From an uncultured Pseudoruegeria sp. (GTDB lineage: Bacteria; Pseudomonadota; Alphaproteobacteria; Rhodobacterales; Rhodobacteraceae), in the NCBI GenBank assembly GCA_947498155.1, contig CANMJD010000007.1, positions 77,703 to 141,702 on the forward strand: DNA of 64,000 nucleotides, given 5' to 3'. The notes below the pieces were generated by a model. It saw only the letters and a program-made list of their open reading frames with translations. It made no database searches and was not told the DNA's origin. Both the position numbers and the translations under genes were made by a program. The first letter of the stretch is position 1; each line of letters starts with the position of its first letter. Below, one piece after another: positions 17,905 through 27,220 of the stretch.

Positions 17905-18590
17905 ATGTAAGAAGTCGTGAGCGTACCAAGTCCCTCAATGCGGATCCGGCAGCTTTGGCCGCGTGCAATGGGCCCAACGCCAGCAGGCGTACCGGTGTAA
18001 ATCAAATCCCCCGCCGCAAGGGTTATCAGGCCGGACAAATGCGCGATGATATCGGCAACCGGCCAGATCATTTCCGATAGATCGCCCTCTTGCTTGAGCA
18101 CGCCGTCAACTTCGGCGGTGATCCGGCCCTGTGCTGGGTGGCCGATCTCGGTCACCGGATGCAGCGGCCCACAGGCGGCGGATTGATCAAACCCTTTGCC
18201 CATATCCCAGGGGCGGCGCTTTTCTTTGCCAGCCGCCTGAAGATCGCGGCGCGTCAGATCATTACCAACACCGTAGCCCCAGACCGACTTTAGAGCCTGA
18301 TCGGCGGCAATATCCGCCCCGCCCGCGCCAAGGGCAACAACCAGTTCAGCCTCGTGATGCAGGTTTTGTGTGGCCATCGGATAGGGTAAAACCGCCCCGT
18401 CATCGACCACAGCGTCTGCCGGTTTGAAAAAGAAAAACGGTGGTTCGCGATTGGGATCATCGCCCATTTCGCGCGCATGTTCTGCATAGTTGCGCCCGAC
18501 GCAAAAAATCCGGCGCACGGCAAAACGCTGTGTTGAGCCCGCAACCGCCACCGACGGGATCACCGGTGGAGAAAGTACAAAATCCGCCAT
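17901..18590 (-). CDS. fumarylacetoacetate hydrolase (FAH) family protein
   Basis: RIFCVGRNYAEHAREMG...FFFKP is typical of small FAH-family isomerases/hydrolases. Confidence 0.8.
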   Translation of the reverse strand: MADFVLSPPVIPSVAVAGSTQRFAVRRIFCVGRNYAEHAREMGDDPNREPPFFFFKPADAVVDDGAVLPYPMATQNLHHEAELVVALGAGGADIAADQALKSVWGYGVGNDLTRRDLQAAGKEKRRPWDMGKGFDQSAACGPLHPVTEIGHPAQGRITAEVDGVLKQEGDLSEMIWPVADIIAHLSGLITLAAGDLIYTGTPAGVGPIARGQSCRIRIEGLGTLTTSYI

Positions 18591-18620
18591 GGCAGGGTGC
18601 TCCTGATAGGTCCCGTCTGA

Positions 18621-20036
18621 TTAGGGGCCAACCACCAGACAGGGTGCATTACGTGATTGCAATCGGGCGCAGGCCAGCTGCGCTTGCTGTTGAGAGAGAT
18701 TCTTGAAATGCGCCTCAAAGCCCCTGCGCGACTTTACAATCGTACGTTGGGAACCATCCAGCGCGGTGATCTCGTTCAGAGCCGTCTTCAAGAGTATTTT
18801 CTCGGCCTCATATTGCGAATTATAGGTACCCACCTGAACGCCGTAGATTTTGTCGTTCTCAAGGGATGCGCGGGTGATGACCTTTTGTGAATCATCAAAC
18901 AAGCGCCCTTCGGGCTGGACAGAGGCCAGCGTCAATTCTTCGGGCCGCACAACCGCACCATCCGCAATCGAAGGCGGGCGCACCTCGGGGTCAGTGGCGT
19001 TATTCAGACGCGATTCTTCATAGGCGGCTTCTTGAGCAGCACGGACGGCGCGCTGGATATCATCTTCGAGCGCCAGCATCACAGCAGAAGTTGTGGCCGG
19101 TCGAGGGGTTGGCCGCAGGCTTTTAGACACTGCGGTAATCTTGCGTGTGGTCAGACCGGCAGCATCCGCGAGCGCATAATTCGGCGCACCCGGCTTGCGG
19201 ACCGGCGAGTTGTTTGGCGTTTTGCGGAAACCGATATCCAGAAGCTCGGCGATGCGGGCGTTGCGGGTCGCGGTGGAGCGTCCGCCAAAGACCGTCGCAA
19301 TCACCCGCTTGTTGCCACGTTCAGCAGAGGCCACAAGGTTGAACCCTGCTGCACGGGTATAGCCGGTCTTGATCCCGTCGGCCCCGCGATAGGCATTCAG
19401 CAGACGGCGATTGGTGTTGTTCACGGTTTTGATCCCCGCATCAGTGGAGCGACGGGAGAACAGATTGTAATACTGCGGATAATCGTAAAACAGACGACGG
19501 CCCAGAATGGTCATGTCATTGGCGGTGGACAGATGGCCCTCTTCGGTCAGGCCATGGGCGTTCTTAAAGGTGGTGCGGGTCATGCCAAGCGCTTTGGCGG
19601 TGCGGTTCATCCGGCGGGCAAAAGCGGCCTCGCTGCCTTCGATTGCCTCACCCAAAGCGGTGGCCGCATCATTTGCGGACTTAACCGACGCCGCCCGCAC
19701 GAGATAGCGCAACTGGATTTTCTGCCCCGACCGCAAACCAAGCTTGGAGGGCGGTTCAGAGGCCGCCTTGGAAGAGATGCGCACCACCGTATCCATGGTG
19801 ATCTCGCCATTCTTTACGGCTTCGAAAACCACATAAAGCGTCATCATCTTGGTCAGCGATGCCGGATGCAGCCGTGTGTTAGCATTTTTGGCCTGAATAA
19901 CCTTGCCGGATTTTGCATCCATGATCACCTCTGCGTAGGGTGCGGCCAAAGCCGACAGCGGGGCCAAAGCCACCACGCACAATAACGCAATCGGAATCGA
20001 TAGTTTACGGACGTACTGCCCCAGACGTTGTTTCAC
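18621..20036 (-). CDS. D-alanyl-D-alanine carboxypeptidase (S11, PBP5/6-like) with C-terminal SPOR domain
   Basis: Motifs SLTK, SAND and KTG are present. The C-terminal YGVQVGTYNSQYEAEKIL...FEAHFKNLSQQQAQLACARL is SPOR-like. I prefer the GTG start at 20036, which is preceded by AAGAGG; the track start is 20102. Confidence 0.8.
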   Translation of the reverse strand: MKQRLGQYVRKLSIPIALLCVVALAPLSALAAPYAEVIMDAKSGKVIQAKNANTRLHPASLTKMMTLYVVFEAVKNGEITMDTVVRISSKAASEPPSKLGLRSGQKIQLRYLVRAASVKSANDAATALGEAIEGSEAAFARRMNRTAKALGMTRTTFKNAHGLTEEGHLSTANDMTILGRRLFYDYPQYYNLFSRRSTDAGIKTVNNTNRRLLNAYRGADGIKTGYTRAAGFNLVASAERGNKRVIATVFGGRSTATRNARIAELLDIGFRKTPNNSPVRKPGAPNYALADAAGLTTRKITAVSKSLRPTPRPATTSAVMLALEDDIQRAVRAAQEAAYEESRLNNATDPEVRPPSIADGAVVRPEELTLASVQPEGRLFDDSQKVITRASLENDKIYGVQVGTYNSQYEAEKILLKTALNEITALDGSQRTIVKSRRGFEAHFKNLSQQQAQLACARLQSRNAPCLVVGP

Positions 20037-20252
20037 GTCGCTTGCCTCTTGCTGCCTCGGATACCGCCGTGTTTTCACGATCAGTTTTGTTATATCGCCC
20101 ACCGTAACACAGGCATTGGAATCCGAAAACTGATTTGTTTATAGGGCGGTGCCGGTAAGGTTGAATGTCGATTGCGACATGTGGTGGGCAGGCAAAGGGC
20201 TATCCCCCAGATGTGGAAAATAGCCCGTCGGATAGCCTGTTGCCGACATGCG

Positions 20253-20960
20253 TCACTCTTGTGAAAAATTGCCAAGCATCGAAACAAGCGCCGCCAGATC
20301 GCGGCACTCTCGATACCGCGCGTGGGTTGTCGGTGCGGTATCCTGTTCAAGCGGTCCGGTCAGATCATGCGGAATATAGACCCCGAATGCACCCGCCTGC
20401 AGCGCCGGAATCACATCCGATCGCAGGGAATTCCCCGCCATCAAAGCCGCCGAAATGCTGCCCCCATGGCGCTGGAAAACATCGGCGTAAATCTGGGGTG
20501 TTTTATGCGAGACAATTTCTACCGCGTCAAAATAATCACCCAAACCAGACTGCGCCAGTTTACGTTCCTGATCCAACAAATCGCCCTTTGTTATCAGGAC
20601 AAGGCGGTAGGTTTCGGCCAGCGTCGCAACGCTTTTCTGCACTGTGGGCAGCAAATGGATCGGGTGTTGTAGCATGTCCTGACCGGCCGCGATCAGCTCG
20701 CGGATGACGGCACCGGAAACGCGGTTTTCAGTGACCTCCAGCGCGGTTTCAATCATCGACAGCACAAAGCCCTTGATACCAAACCCGTACTGCCCGAGAT
20801 TGCGCCGCTCCGCTGCCAAAAGCCGGCTCTGCAATTCCTCGGGCGACACGTAATCAGACAGCAACGCGGCGAATCGGTCTTGGGTCAGTCGAAAAAACGT
20901 CTCGTTCTGCCAAAGCGTATCGTCCGCATCCAAACCGATGGTCTTCAGATTCTCATACAT
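20253..20960 (-). CDS. HAD family hydrolase
   Basis: Track ORF runs to 20990. ATG 20960 gives [17 protein letters not shown], which carries the DxD motif. Confidence 0.75.
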   Translation of the reverse strand: MYENLKTIGLDADDTLWQNETFFRLTQDRFAALLSDYVSPEELQSRLLAAERRNLGQYGFGIKGFVLSMIETALEVTENRVSGAVIRELIAAGQDMLQHPIHLLPTVQKSVATLAETYRLVLITKGDLLDQERKLAQSGLGDYFDAVEIVSHKTPQIYADVFQRHGGSISAALMAGNSLRSDVIPALQAGAFGVYIPHDLTGPLEQDTAPTTHARYRECRDLAALVSMLGNFSQE

Positions 20961-21084
20961 CTTTAACTGTTTGCCCCCAAAGCTGGGCACACCCTCTTTT
21001 CACTGCCGTAGAAGCCTCTATATACTCCATGCAGAAGCCACAACGGATGACACTTTGCTGCTGGACCCAAAAACAACGCCTCAT

Positions 21085-21408
21085 ATGATGTCCGATAAGG
21101 ATGACAATGACGATGGCGACACAAGTCTGCTGACAAAAACGCGGACCAAAACCGCGCGTCCGCCGCTGTATAAAGTCATGCTGTTGAATGACGATTACAC
21201 GCCGATGGAATTTGTTGTGCATGTGCTTGAACGCTTCTTTGGACTGAACCATCAGCAATCCTTTGAGATCATGCTGACCGTGCATAAAAAAGGGCTGGCG
21301 GTGGTTGGGGTGTTTTCCCATGAAATCGCAGAGACCAAAGTCACGCAGGTGATGGACTTTGCCCGTCGCCACCAGCATCCGTTGCAATGCACCATGGAAA
21401 AGGAATAA
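21085..21408 (+). CDS. clpS: ATP-dependent Clp protease adaptor ClpS
   Basis: Track ORF 20938-21408 overlaps the divergent HAD gene. ATG 21085 is the likely start. Core sequence [25 protein letters not shown]. Confidence 0.85.
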   Translation: MMSDKDDNDDGDTSLLTKTRTKTARPPLYKVMLLNDDYTPMEFVVHVLERFFGLNHQQSFEIMLTVHKKGLAVVGVFSHEIAETKVTQVMDFARRHQHPLQCTMEKE

Positions 21409-21429
21409 CGGGCAGCAGCCCGTATCCCC

Positions 21430-22428
21430 ATGGCCCGCTCCCCCCGCCTTTCGCTCACCCTTGGCAATGGTGACGTCATTCTGCCCCCTGAGGGTAAGAT
21501 TTTGCTGCTGCGTCCCGGTGGCACCGAAGATCTCTCTGCCTTGCCCAAAGAGCGGGTCGAGATCGTGCAAGGGTTTTATCCGGATGACGCTGCCCTGACC
21601 GCACAAGGGTTCACGGTTGTGGAAACCCCCGCCACAGAGTACGCGGCGGCGGTTGTCTACCTGCCCCGCGCCAAAGCCGAAGCACAGGAGCTAATCGCGC
21701 AGGCTTCTGCCTGTACCCAAGGCGGGTTGGTTCTGGTTGACGGGCAAAAAACCGACGGCGTCGATAGCCTGATCAAAGCGGTCAAAAAGAAAACTGACAG
21801 CCCTGTTGGCGTTTTTGCCAAAGCTCACGGAAAGCTGTTCTGGTTTACTGGCGGTGACTTTGCTGACTGGCGCGTGGCAACGGTGAAATCGCCCGAAGGT
21901 TTTGAAACCGTGGCCGGTATCTTTTCAGCCGACAAGATCGATCGCGGCTCTGCCCTCTTGGCCAAAACCCTGCCGCAGTCCCTGTCGGGGCGCGTTGCAG
22001 ACCTTGGTGCAGGCTGGGGATATTTGTCCCGTGCGATCTTGCAATCTCCCAAGGTCAGCCATCTGACCCTGATTGAGGCAGAGCGCCGCGCACTGGACTG
22101 CGCCCGCCAGAATATCACTGATGAACGGGCCGAATTTATCTGGGGCGATGCCACGGATATCAAACTGCCTGCCTTTGATACCATCGTAAGCAATCCGCCG
22201 TTTCATACCTCGCGCATGGGCGAACCCGCCCTTGGACAGGCGTTTATAACCTCTGCTGCAGGTCTGCTGAAACCCAATGGTGACCTCTGGATCGTGGCCA
22301 ACCGCCACCTGCCCTATGAGGCCACGCTATCGGCGCTGTTCCGCGAAGTGACGGAACTGGGCGGTGACAGCGGGTTCAAAACCCTGTATGCGCGGTATCC
22401 GAAGAAATCTCGCACGCTGCGCCGCTAG
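21430..22428 (+). CDS. class I SAM-dependent rRNA (guanine-N2) methyltransferase-like protein (RsmC/RsmD type)
   Basis: VADLGAGWGYLS SAM motif and IVSNPPFH catalytic motif. Confidence 0.7.
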   Translation: MARSPRLSLTLGNGDVILPPEGKILLLRPGGTEDLSALPKERVEIVQGFYPDDAALTAQGFTVVETPATEYAAAVVYLPRAKAEAQELIAQASACTQGGLVLVDGQKTDGVDSLIKAVKKKTDSPVGVFAKAHGKLFWFTGGDFADWRVATVKSPEGFETVAGIFSADKIDRGSALLAKTLPQSLSGRVADLGAGWGYLSRAILQSPKVSHLTLIEAERRALDCARQNITDERAEFIWGDATDIKLPAFDTIVSNPPFHTSRMGEPALGQAFITSAAGLLKPNGDLWIVANRHLPYEATLSALFREVTELGGDSGFKTLYARYPKKSRTLRR

Positions 22429-22468
22429 ATACCGGCGCTGCCAACTGAACCTTTTAGGATCATTCAAG

Positions 22469-23275
22469 ATGTCTTTTTCAATCAATGGAAAAACTGCGAT
22501 TGTCACCGGTGCCGCCAATGGAATTGGGCTGGCCATTGCACGGCATTTTGCCGATCAAGGGGCAAATGTCATGTTTGCCGATGTGGACGAAGCGCGGCTG
22601 AAGGATGAAATCGGCGAACAGGCCGAGGATGGCAATATCCGTTATTTTGCCGGTGATTTGCGCGAAAAACTGACATTGGCTAATCTGCTTTCGGCGACGC
22701 TTGATGCTTTTGACCGCGTGGATATTCTGGTGAACGCCTCCCGTCAGGTCTGCCGTTCTGTCCCGCTGAGCGCCAGCGATGACGCGGTAGAGGCTCTGTT
22801 GCATCAGAACCTGATGACCTCTTTGCGCCTGTCGCAACTGGTCGCGCGCCGGATGATCCAACAGGCCGAAGATGACGACATCAATACCGGGATGATCGGC
22901 TCTATCATCAATCTGACCTCGATTGCCGCGCGCCGTACCCATCCGGAACTTATGGCCTATTCGATTAGCTGTGCCGCACTAGATCAGATGACACGCTCGC
23001 TTGGCGCGGCCCTTGCTCATGATCGTGTCCGAGTGAACGGCGTGGCTTTCGGTAGTGTGATGAGCGCCAGCTTGCAGTCGGTTCTGAAAGATCACCCCGA
23101 ATATCGGGAATCCATTCTAGCCGCGACCCCGCTGGACCGCATTGCCTCGGCCTCAGAAGTGGCTGAAGCCGTGCAGTTTCTTGCCGCCCCTGCGTCGGAT
23201 TTTATGACCGGCCAGATTATCACCGTCGACGGGGGGCGCAGCTTGCTCGACCCTGTTGCAACTGCCGCGCATTGA
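22469..23275 (+). CDS. SDR family oxidoreductase with non-canonical YxxxC active-site motif
   Basis: ATG 22469 (track start 22364). TGAANGIGLA cofactor motif. The catalytic region reads AYSISCAAL where SDRs normally have YxxxK. Confidence 0.75.
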   Translation: MSFSINGKTAIVTGAANGIGLAIARHFADQGANVMFADVDEARLKDEIGEQAEDGNIRYFAGDLREKLTLANLLSATLDAFDRVDILVNASRQVCRSVPLSASDDAVEALLHQNLMTSLRLSQLVARRMIQQAEDDDINTGMIGSIINLTSIAARRTHPELMAYSISCAALDQMTRSLGAALAHDRVRVNGVAFGSVMSASLQSVLKDHPEYRESILAATPLDRIASASEVAEAVQFLAAPASDFMTGQIITVDGGRSLLDPVATAAH

Positions 23276-23689
23276 TTACTCTGGTGCTGCGGTGACCGGC
23301 GCGCTGGCATCCAGCGGATATTGCGCCTCGCATGAGGCAATCTTTTGATTGGTTTCCTTGACCAGCGTCGTACGCTGTTTCTGGAGGGAGGCCAGCTTGC
23401 GCTTTTCAGCCTCAAGATCGATGGCCACCGGTTTGCTGACAGGGCGGGTCTGGGTTCTGGTGCAGGTCCGCACGTTGCCCCAGGGATCATAACACCAATC
23501 CAGCGCCGTGGTGTAGCGCACATCCGTCACATAGCCAAAGCCACGCTGGATATTGCCCTGAGTATCCAGAATAAGCCCTTCAACAGTTTGCAAATTCTGC
23601 GCGGCAAGGTTCAGGCAGCGCTCGCGCGGGGTAGAGCACCCGGCCAACAGGACCACCAGACCGGAAAAAATCATCAAGGTTGCTTTCAT
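23276..23689 (-). CDS. hypothetical lipoprotein
   Basis: MKATLMIFSGLVVLLAGC lipobox. I recognise no family. The stop abuts the SDR stop. Confidence 0.55.
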   Translation of the reverse strand: MKATLMIFSGLVVLLAGCSTPRERCLNLAAQNLQTVEGLILDTQGNIQRGFGYVTDVRYTTALDWCYDPWGNVRTCTRTQTRPVSKPVAIDLEAEKRKLASLQKQRTTLVKETNQKIASCEAQYPLDASAPVTAAPE

Positions 23690-23805
23690 ATCGCTAGGCT
23701 AATCCAAGGGTGGATGCGTTACAAACCCCAAACGCTCCCTTTCGCCCACTGGCGCATGGATTAAAAAAACGCTAAGGCGGAAAAAACCAGAAAACAGGAC
23801 CGCAC

Positions 23806-24699
23806 ATGACCGACCCGTTTGATGACCGCAAACCCCGTGCTGCCGCTTGGTTTAAAGAGCTGCGCGACCAGATCGTAGCGCGCTTTGAAAGCCTCGAGGA
23901 CAGCCAGACCCAAGGCCCCTTTGCCACGCAAGAGGCCGGCCGGTTTGAAATCAGCGAGACCAAACGCACCGCCGATGACGGTAGTGATGCGGGCGGCGGA
24001 TTGATGTCGGTGATGCGCGGCGGGCGGGTTTTCGAAAAGGTCGGCGTCAATATTTCAACGGTATACGGGACTTTGGGCGAACGCGCACAGGCGGCCATGG
24101 CCGCCCGAAAAGACTTGCCCGGCCTTAAGCAGGATCCGCGTTTCTGGGCCTCGGGGATTTCGTTGGTGGCGCATATGCAAAACCCCCATACCCCTGCTGT
24201 TCACATGAATACACGCATGTTCTGGACGCCGCACGGTTGGTGGTTCGGAGGCGGATCGGACCTCAATCCCTGTCTGGAATATGAAGAAGATACAGTGGCA
24301 TTTCACAACACGCTGAAATCTTACTGCGATGGTCATGATGCCGCCTATTATCCGCGCTTCAAGGACTGGGCCGATCGCTATTTCTACATCCCGCACCGGC
24401 ATCGCGCCCGTGGGGTTGGTGGTATCTTTTATGATGACCTGAATACCGGCGATTGGGAGGCGGATTTTGCCCTTACCCAGGATGTGGGACGCGCCTTTCT
24501 GCCTGCCTTTCTGCCAACGGTGGAACGCAACCGTGATAAAGCATTTGGCGCGGCAGAAAAGGACGCCCAACTTGTGCATCGTGGACTCTATGCCGAATAT
24601 AATCTGGTCTATGACCGGGGGACGAAGTTCGGGCTTGAGACTGGCCATGATGCCAATGCGGTATTGATGAGCCTGCCGCCACTGGCCAAATGGGTATAA
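23806..24699 (+). CDS. hemF: oxygen-dependent coproporphyrinogen III oxidase
   Basis: GGGLMSVMRGGRVFEKVGVNIS...HMQNPHTPAVHMNTRMF...WWFGGGSDLNP. Confidence 0.9.
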   Translation: MTDPFDDRKPRAAAWFKELRDQIVARFESLEDSQTQGPFATQEAGRFEISETKRTADDGSDAGGGLMSVMRGGRVFEKVGVNISTVYGTLGERAQAAMAARKDLPGLKQDPRFWASGISLVAHMQNPHTPAVHMNTRMFWTPHGWWFGGGSDLNPCLEYEEDTVAFHNTLKSYCDGHDAAYYPRFKDWADRYFYIPHRHRARGVGGIFYDDLNTGDWEADFALTQDVGRAFLPAFLPTVERNRDKAFGAAEKDAQLVHRGLYAEYNLVYDRGTKFGLETGHDANAVLMSLPPLAKWV

Positions 24700-24741
24700 G
24701 GCTTTAACTGTTACTGGATTTTGCCCTAACAGGCCCTGCGT

Positions 24742-25776
24742 CTATCCCATCGCAGCTTGCATCGCAAAGGCTTTGGGAGTCGCGCCGGTCCAGCGTTTAA
24801 AGGCCGTGGTAAAGGCCGCCTGATCGGAATAATCAAGCACATAAGCCACTTCGGAAATCGGCAGCCCGTCGCACAGGTAACGGCGGGCCAAATCTTCGCG
24901 CAGACGGTCCACGATTTCGCGAAACGACACGCCGCTGTCGCTGAGACGGCGGGCGAAGGTGCGGCGACTCATGCCTAGGTTCGCTGCGATTTCATCGGCA
25001 GAGGGCAACCGTCCGGGCAAGCCGTCAAGCAGCAGTTTTTCGATTTTGCCCCGCAACCCCTGATCTGATATCGGGGCTTGGGCGAGCAACAGCTCTCCGT
25101 AGTTGACCAGATGATCGCGCAGCGCCGGATCATAGGTCGGAATGACAAGGTTCAAGGTCGAAGGCGCCATCTGGATTTCATCAAGCGGGGCATCAAAGAC
25201 CACCGGACAGCCCAGCAGTTTCTTTAGCACTTCGCTATGGGCCGGTGCCGGATGTTTGAACCGCACCTCCAGCGGATAGAATGAAACACCGGTGATACGC
25301 CGCATGACCGCAATTGCAGAGGCCAACGAAAATTCCCGATACGCCCCGTTCTGATTCAGCTCTTCGACCTCGCAGCGCATCTGAAAAGCGGCCGTTGTGC
25401 TAGATGTTTGCAGCCAGAACACCGTTGTCGGATTGGTTAAAACATAATAGCGCGAGGCAGCTTCGATCGCGCTTTTAAGATCCCGGCTGTATTTCGCGAT
25501 ATAATTGGTCAATGTGCTGACCGACTGAAGTGACAACCCGGCCAAAGCGCCAAAGGCCTCATGACCCGACATTTTGCTCGCCCGTTCGCAAAAGGCCGCC
25601 TCTAGCCCGATATCGATCTGACCATCCCGCTGCTCTAGCAGCGCGGGGTCGATCCCGAGCTGCTCCAGAATGATGCCAGACGCCCGTCGGTTGCTGGATA
25701 GCCGATCTAATGTCGCGGCCATATGGGCCAGTCGCTGAATGGGGACAGAGGGAAGAGTTGACATAAACGGAACCAC
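24742..25776 (-). CDS. AraC family transcriptional regulator
   Basis: C-terminal AraC HTH: SRRTFARRLSDSGVSFREIV...YSDQAAFTTAFKRWTGATPKAF. GTG start at 25776 or ATG at 25764. Confidence 0.8.
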   Translation of the reverse strand: MVPFMSTLPSVPIQRLAHMAATLDRLSSNRRASGIILEQLGIDPALLEQRDGQIDIGLEAAFCERASKMSGHEAFGALAGLSLQSVSTLTNYIAKYSRDLKSAIEAASRYYVLTNPTTVFWLQTSSTTAAFQMRCEVEELNQNGAYREFSLASAIAVMRRITGVSFYPLEVRFKHPAPAHSEVLKKLLGCPVVFDAPLDEIQMAPSTLNLVIPTYDPALRDHLVNYGELLLAQAPISDQGLRGKIEKLLLDGLPGRLPSADEIAANLGMSRRTFARRLSDSGVSFREIVDRLREDLARRYLCDGLPISEVAYVLDYSDQAAFTTAFKRWTGATPKAFAMQAAMG

Positions 25777-25917
25777 TTAAAACTAAATGCTTAATCTTGA
25801 CGCCTTAGGCATCGAAAAAGCAAGAAGGTTTGAAAATGATAACGTTAACAAAACTATATCGATATCAAAAATCCACAGGCCGGTCGGTTTTTACTGGGGT
25901 TTTGGGTTGAAGCAGGG

Positions 25918-26718
25918 TCAATCGAACTGGATGTCGGACTTTGGGCCCACATCAAGCCGCAGGATATGATCGGCCTTATCGGTGTCATACAGCTGTCGAA
26001 CCAACGGGTCATGCCCCGGGATGATCAATTGCTTATCTGACGCCAAAGCCTCTAGTCGATAAAACCCGTCCAGCATGTCCTGCAAATCAACCACAATTGG
26101 AAAAGGTTTGCGCAGCCAGAGGTTTTCATAAAAATGCGCCGCATCCGAAGCCAGAACCATCCAACCCGCCTGTGTGCGCACCCGCACCGCCTGCAACCCG
26201 CGCGAGTGCCCGCCGATCCGGTGTACAGTTACCCCGTCGGCAACCTCTCCGTCGCCATCAAAAAAGACGACCTTGCCGGAATACAACCGCTTGACCGCTT
26301 CGCAAATGTGATCGGCAGTAAAGGGCATTTTTAGCGTATCGTGGCACATACAAGGACCGGTGGCATAGGCCATCTCGGTTTCCTGCAGATAGAGCGTTGC
26401 ATTGGGAAACAGATGCAGCCCACCCGCATGGTCGTAATGCAGATGGGTGACAATGACCTTGGTGATGTCGTCCGGTGTCAGGCCAAGGGGCCGCAGGGAT
26501 TCCACCGGGTCCATACGGATCGGACGATCCCGCGCGGTGGCTTCGGCCATGTCATAGCCTGTGTCCACCAGAATGACTTCAGGCCCGCGCCGCAAGACCC
26601 ACATGAAATAGTCCATCGCATGGGCAGCGTCATGGTTGTCATCAAAGATAAAGCTATCGCCGCGCGTACGGGCATTGCGATCTGCGTATTTAACCGCGTG
26701 GATTTCCCAGGTGCTCAT
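25918..26718 (-). CDS. MBL-fold hydrolase, N-acyl-homoserine-lactonase-like
   Basis: THLHYDHAGG metal motif and overall resemblance to AiiB/AttM-type lactonases. Confidence 0.65.
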   Translation of the reverse strand: MSTWEIHAVKYADRNARTRGDSFIFDDNHDAAHAMDYFMWVLRRGPEVILVDTGYDMAEATARDRPIRMDPVESLRPLGLTPDDITKVIVTHLHYDHAGGLHLFPNATLYLQETEMAYATGPCMCHDTLKMPFTADHICEAVKRLYSGKVVFFDGDGEVADGVTVHRIGGHSRGLQAVRVRTQAGWMVLASDAAHFYENLWLRKPFPIVVDLQDMLDGFYRLEALASDKQLIIPGHDPLVRQLYDTDKADHILRLDVGPKSDIQFD

Positions 26719-27002
26719 CGGATGACCTCATCAAATGTTTGGATGATCTTATCGGCAACCATATCGCCAACCGCTGCGTCAAACGACTTAAAATGTGCCG
26801 ACTGCAAATGCAGATCAAAAGCCGCGCGATCTGTATAGATTTCATACAGGAAAACCACATCATCCGAAGCCCCGCGCAGCACATCAAACTGCAAACAGCC
26901 GCTTTCCTCGCGCAGGGACGTTCTGGCATTTTCGACCATTAAGGGCAGAAAAGCCGCGTGTTGGCCGGATTTTAGCGTGAAGTGAACCGTTACTGCGTAC
27001 AT
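26715..27002 (-). CDS. antibiotic-biosynthesis-monooxygenase (ABM)-fold / quinol monooxygenase-like protein
   Basis: MYAVTVHFTLKSG...LQFDVLRG...VVFLYEIYTDRAAFDLHLQSAHFKSF. ATGA overlap with the lactonase-like gene. Confidence 0.7.
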   Translation of the reverse strand: MYAVTVHFTLKSGQHAAFLPLMVENARTSLREESGCLQFDVLRGASDDVVFLYEIYTDRAAFDLHLQSAHFKSFDAAVGDMVADKIIQTFDEVIR

Positions 27003-27115
27003 GGCTGCCTGCCCTCTTTTTGAATGCACAATCGTGCGGTGTTACGCCTGTGGGCGATCCAGAACCGCGCCTACGCCTTTTGCTGGCTTGAGCGGCAATG
27101 ACATTCGCCTTGCTT

Positions 27116-27143
27116 TTAATGCATGCATTAATGTATACATTAA
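27116..27143. promoter_or_regulatory. two overlapping perfect 16-bp palindromes (candidate GntR-type operator)
   Basis: TTAATGCATGCATTAA (27116-27131) and TTAATGTATACATTAA (27128-27143) share a TTAA. A further AATGTATTAC lies at about 27157. All sit in an AT-rich divergent promoter region. Confidence 0.55.
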
Positions 27144-27220
27144 AAAGAGCGCTAGTAAATGTATTACTGCGTGTATTATATGAAAATGGCAAGCAACGCC
27201 CGCAAAAGGACCAATCGACC

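Noticed and set aside
19032-19985. 317-aa plus-strand ORF
   Set aside because: It is antisense to the PBP5-SPOR gene, which carries the SxxK, SxN and KTG motifs.
20165-20180. Inverted repeat ATGTCG-attg-CGACAT upstream of the carboxypeptidase gene
   Set aside because: The stem is short (6 bp) and there is no supporting context.
27116-27143. Interpretation of TTAA-N8-TTAA-N8-TTAA as CtrA boxes
   Set aside because: The CtrA consensus is TTAA-N7-TTAA. The spacing here is 8, and each unit is a full 16-bp palindrome, which fits a dimeric GntR-type operator better.
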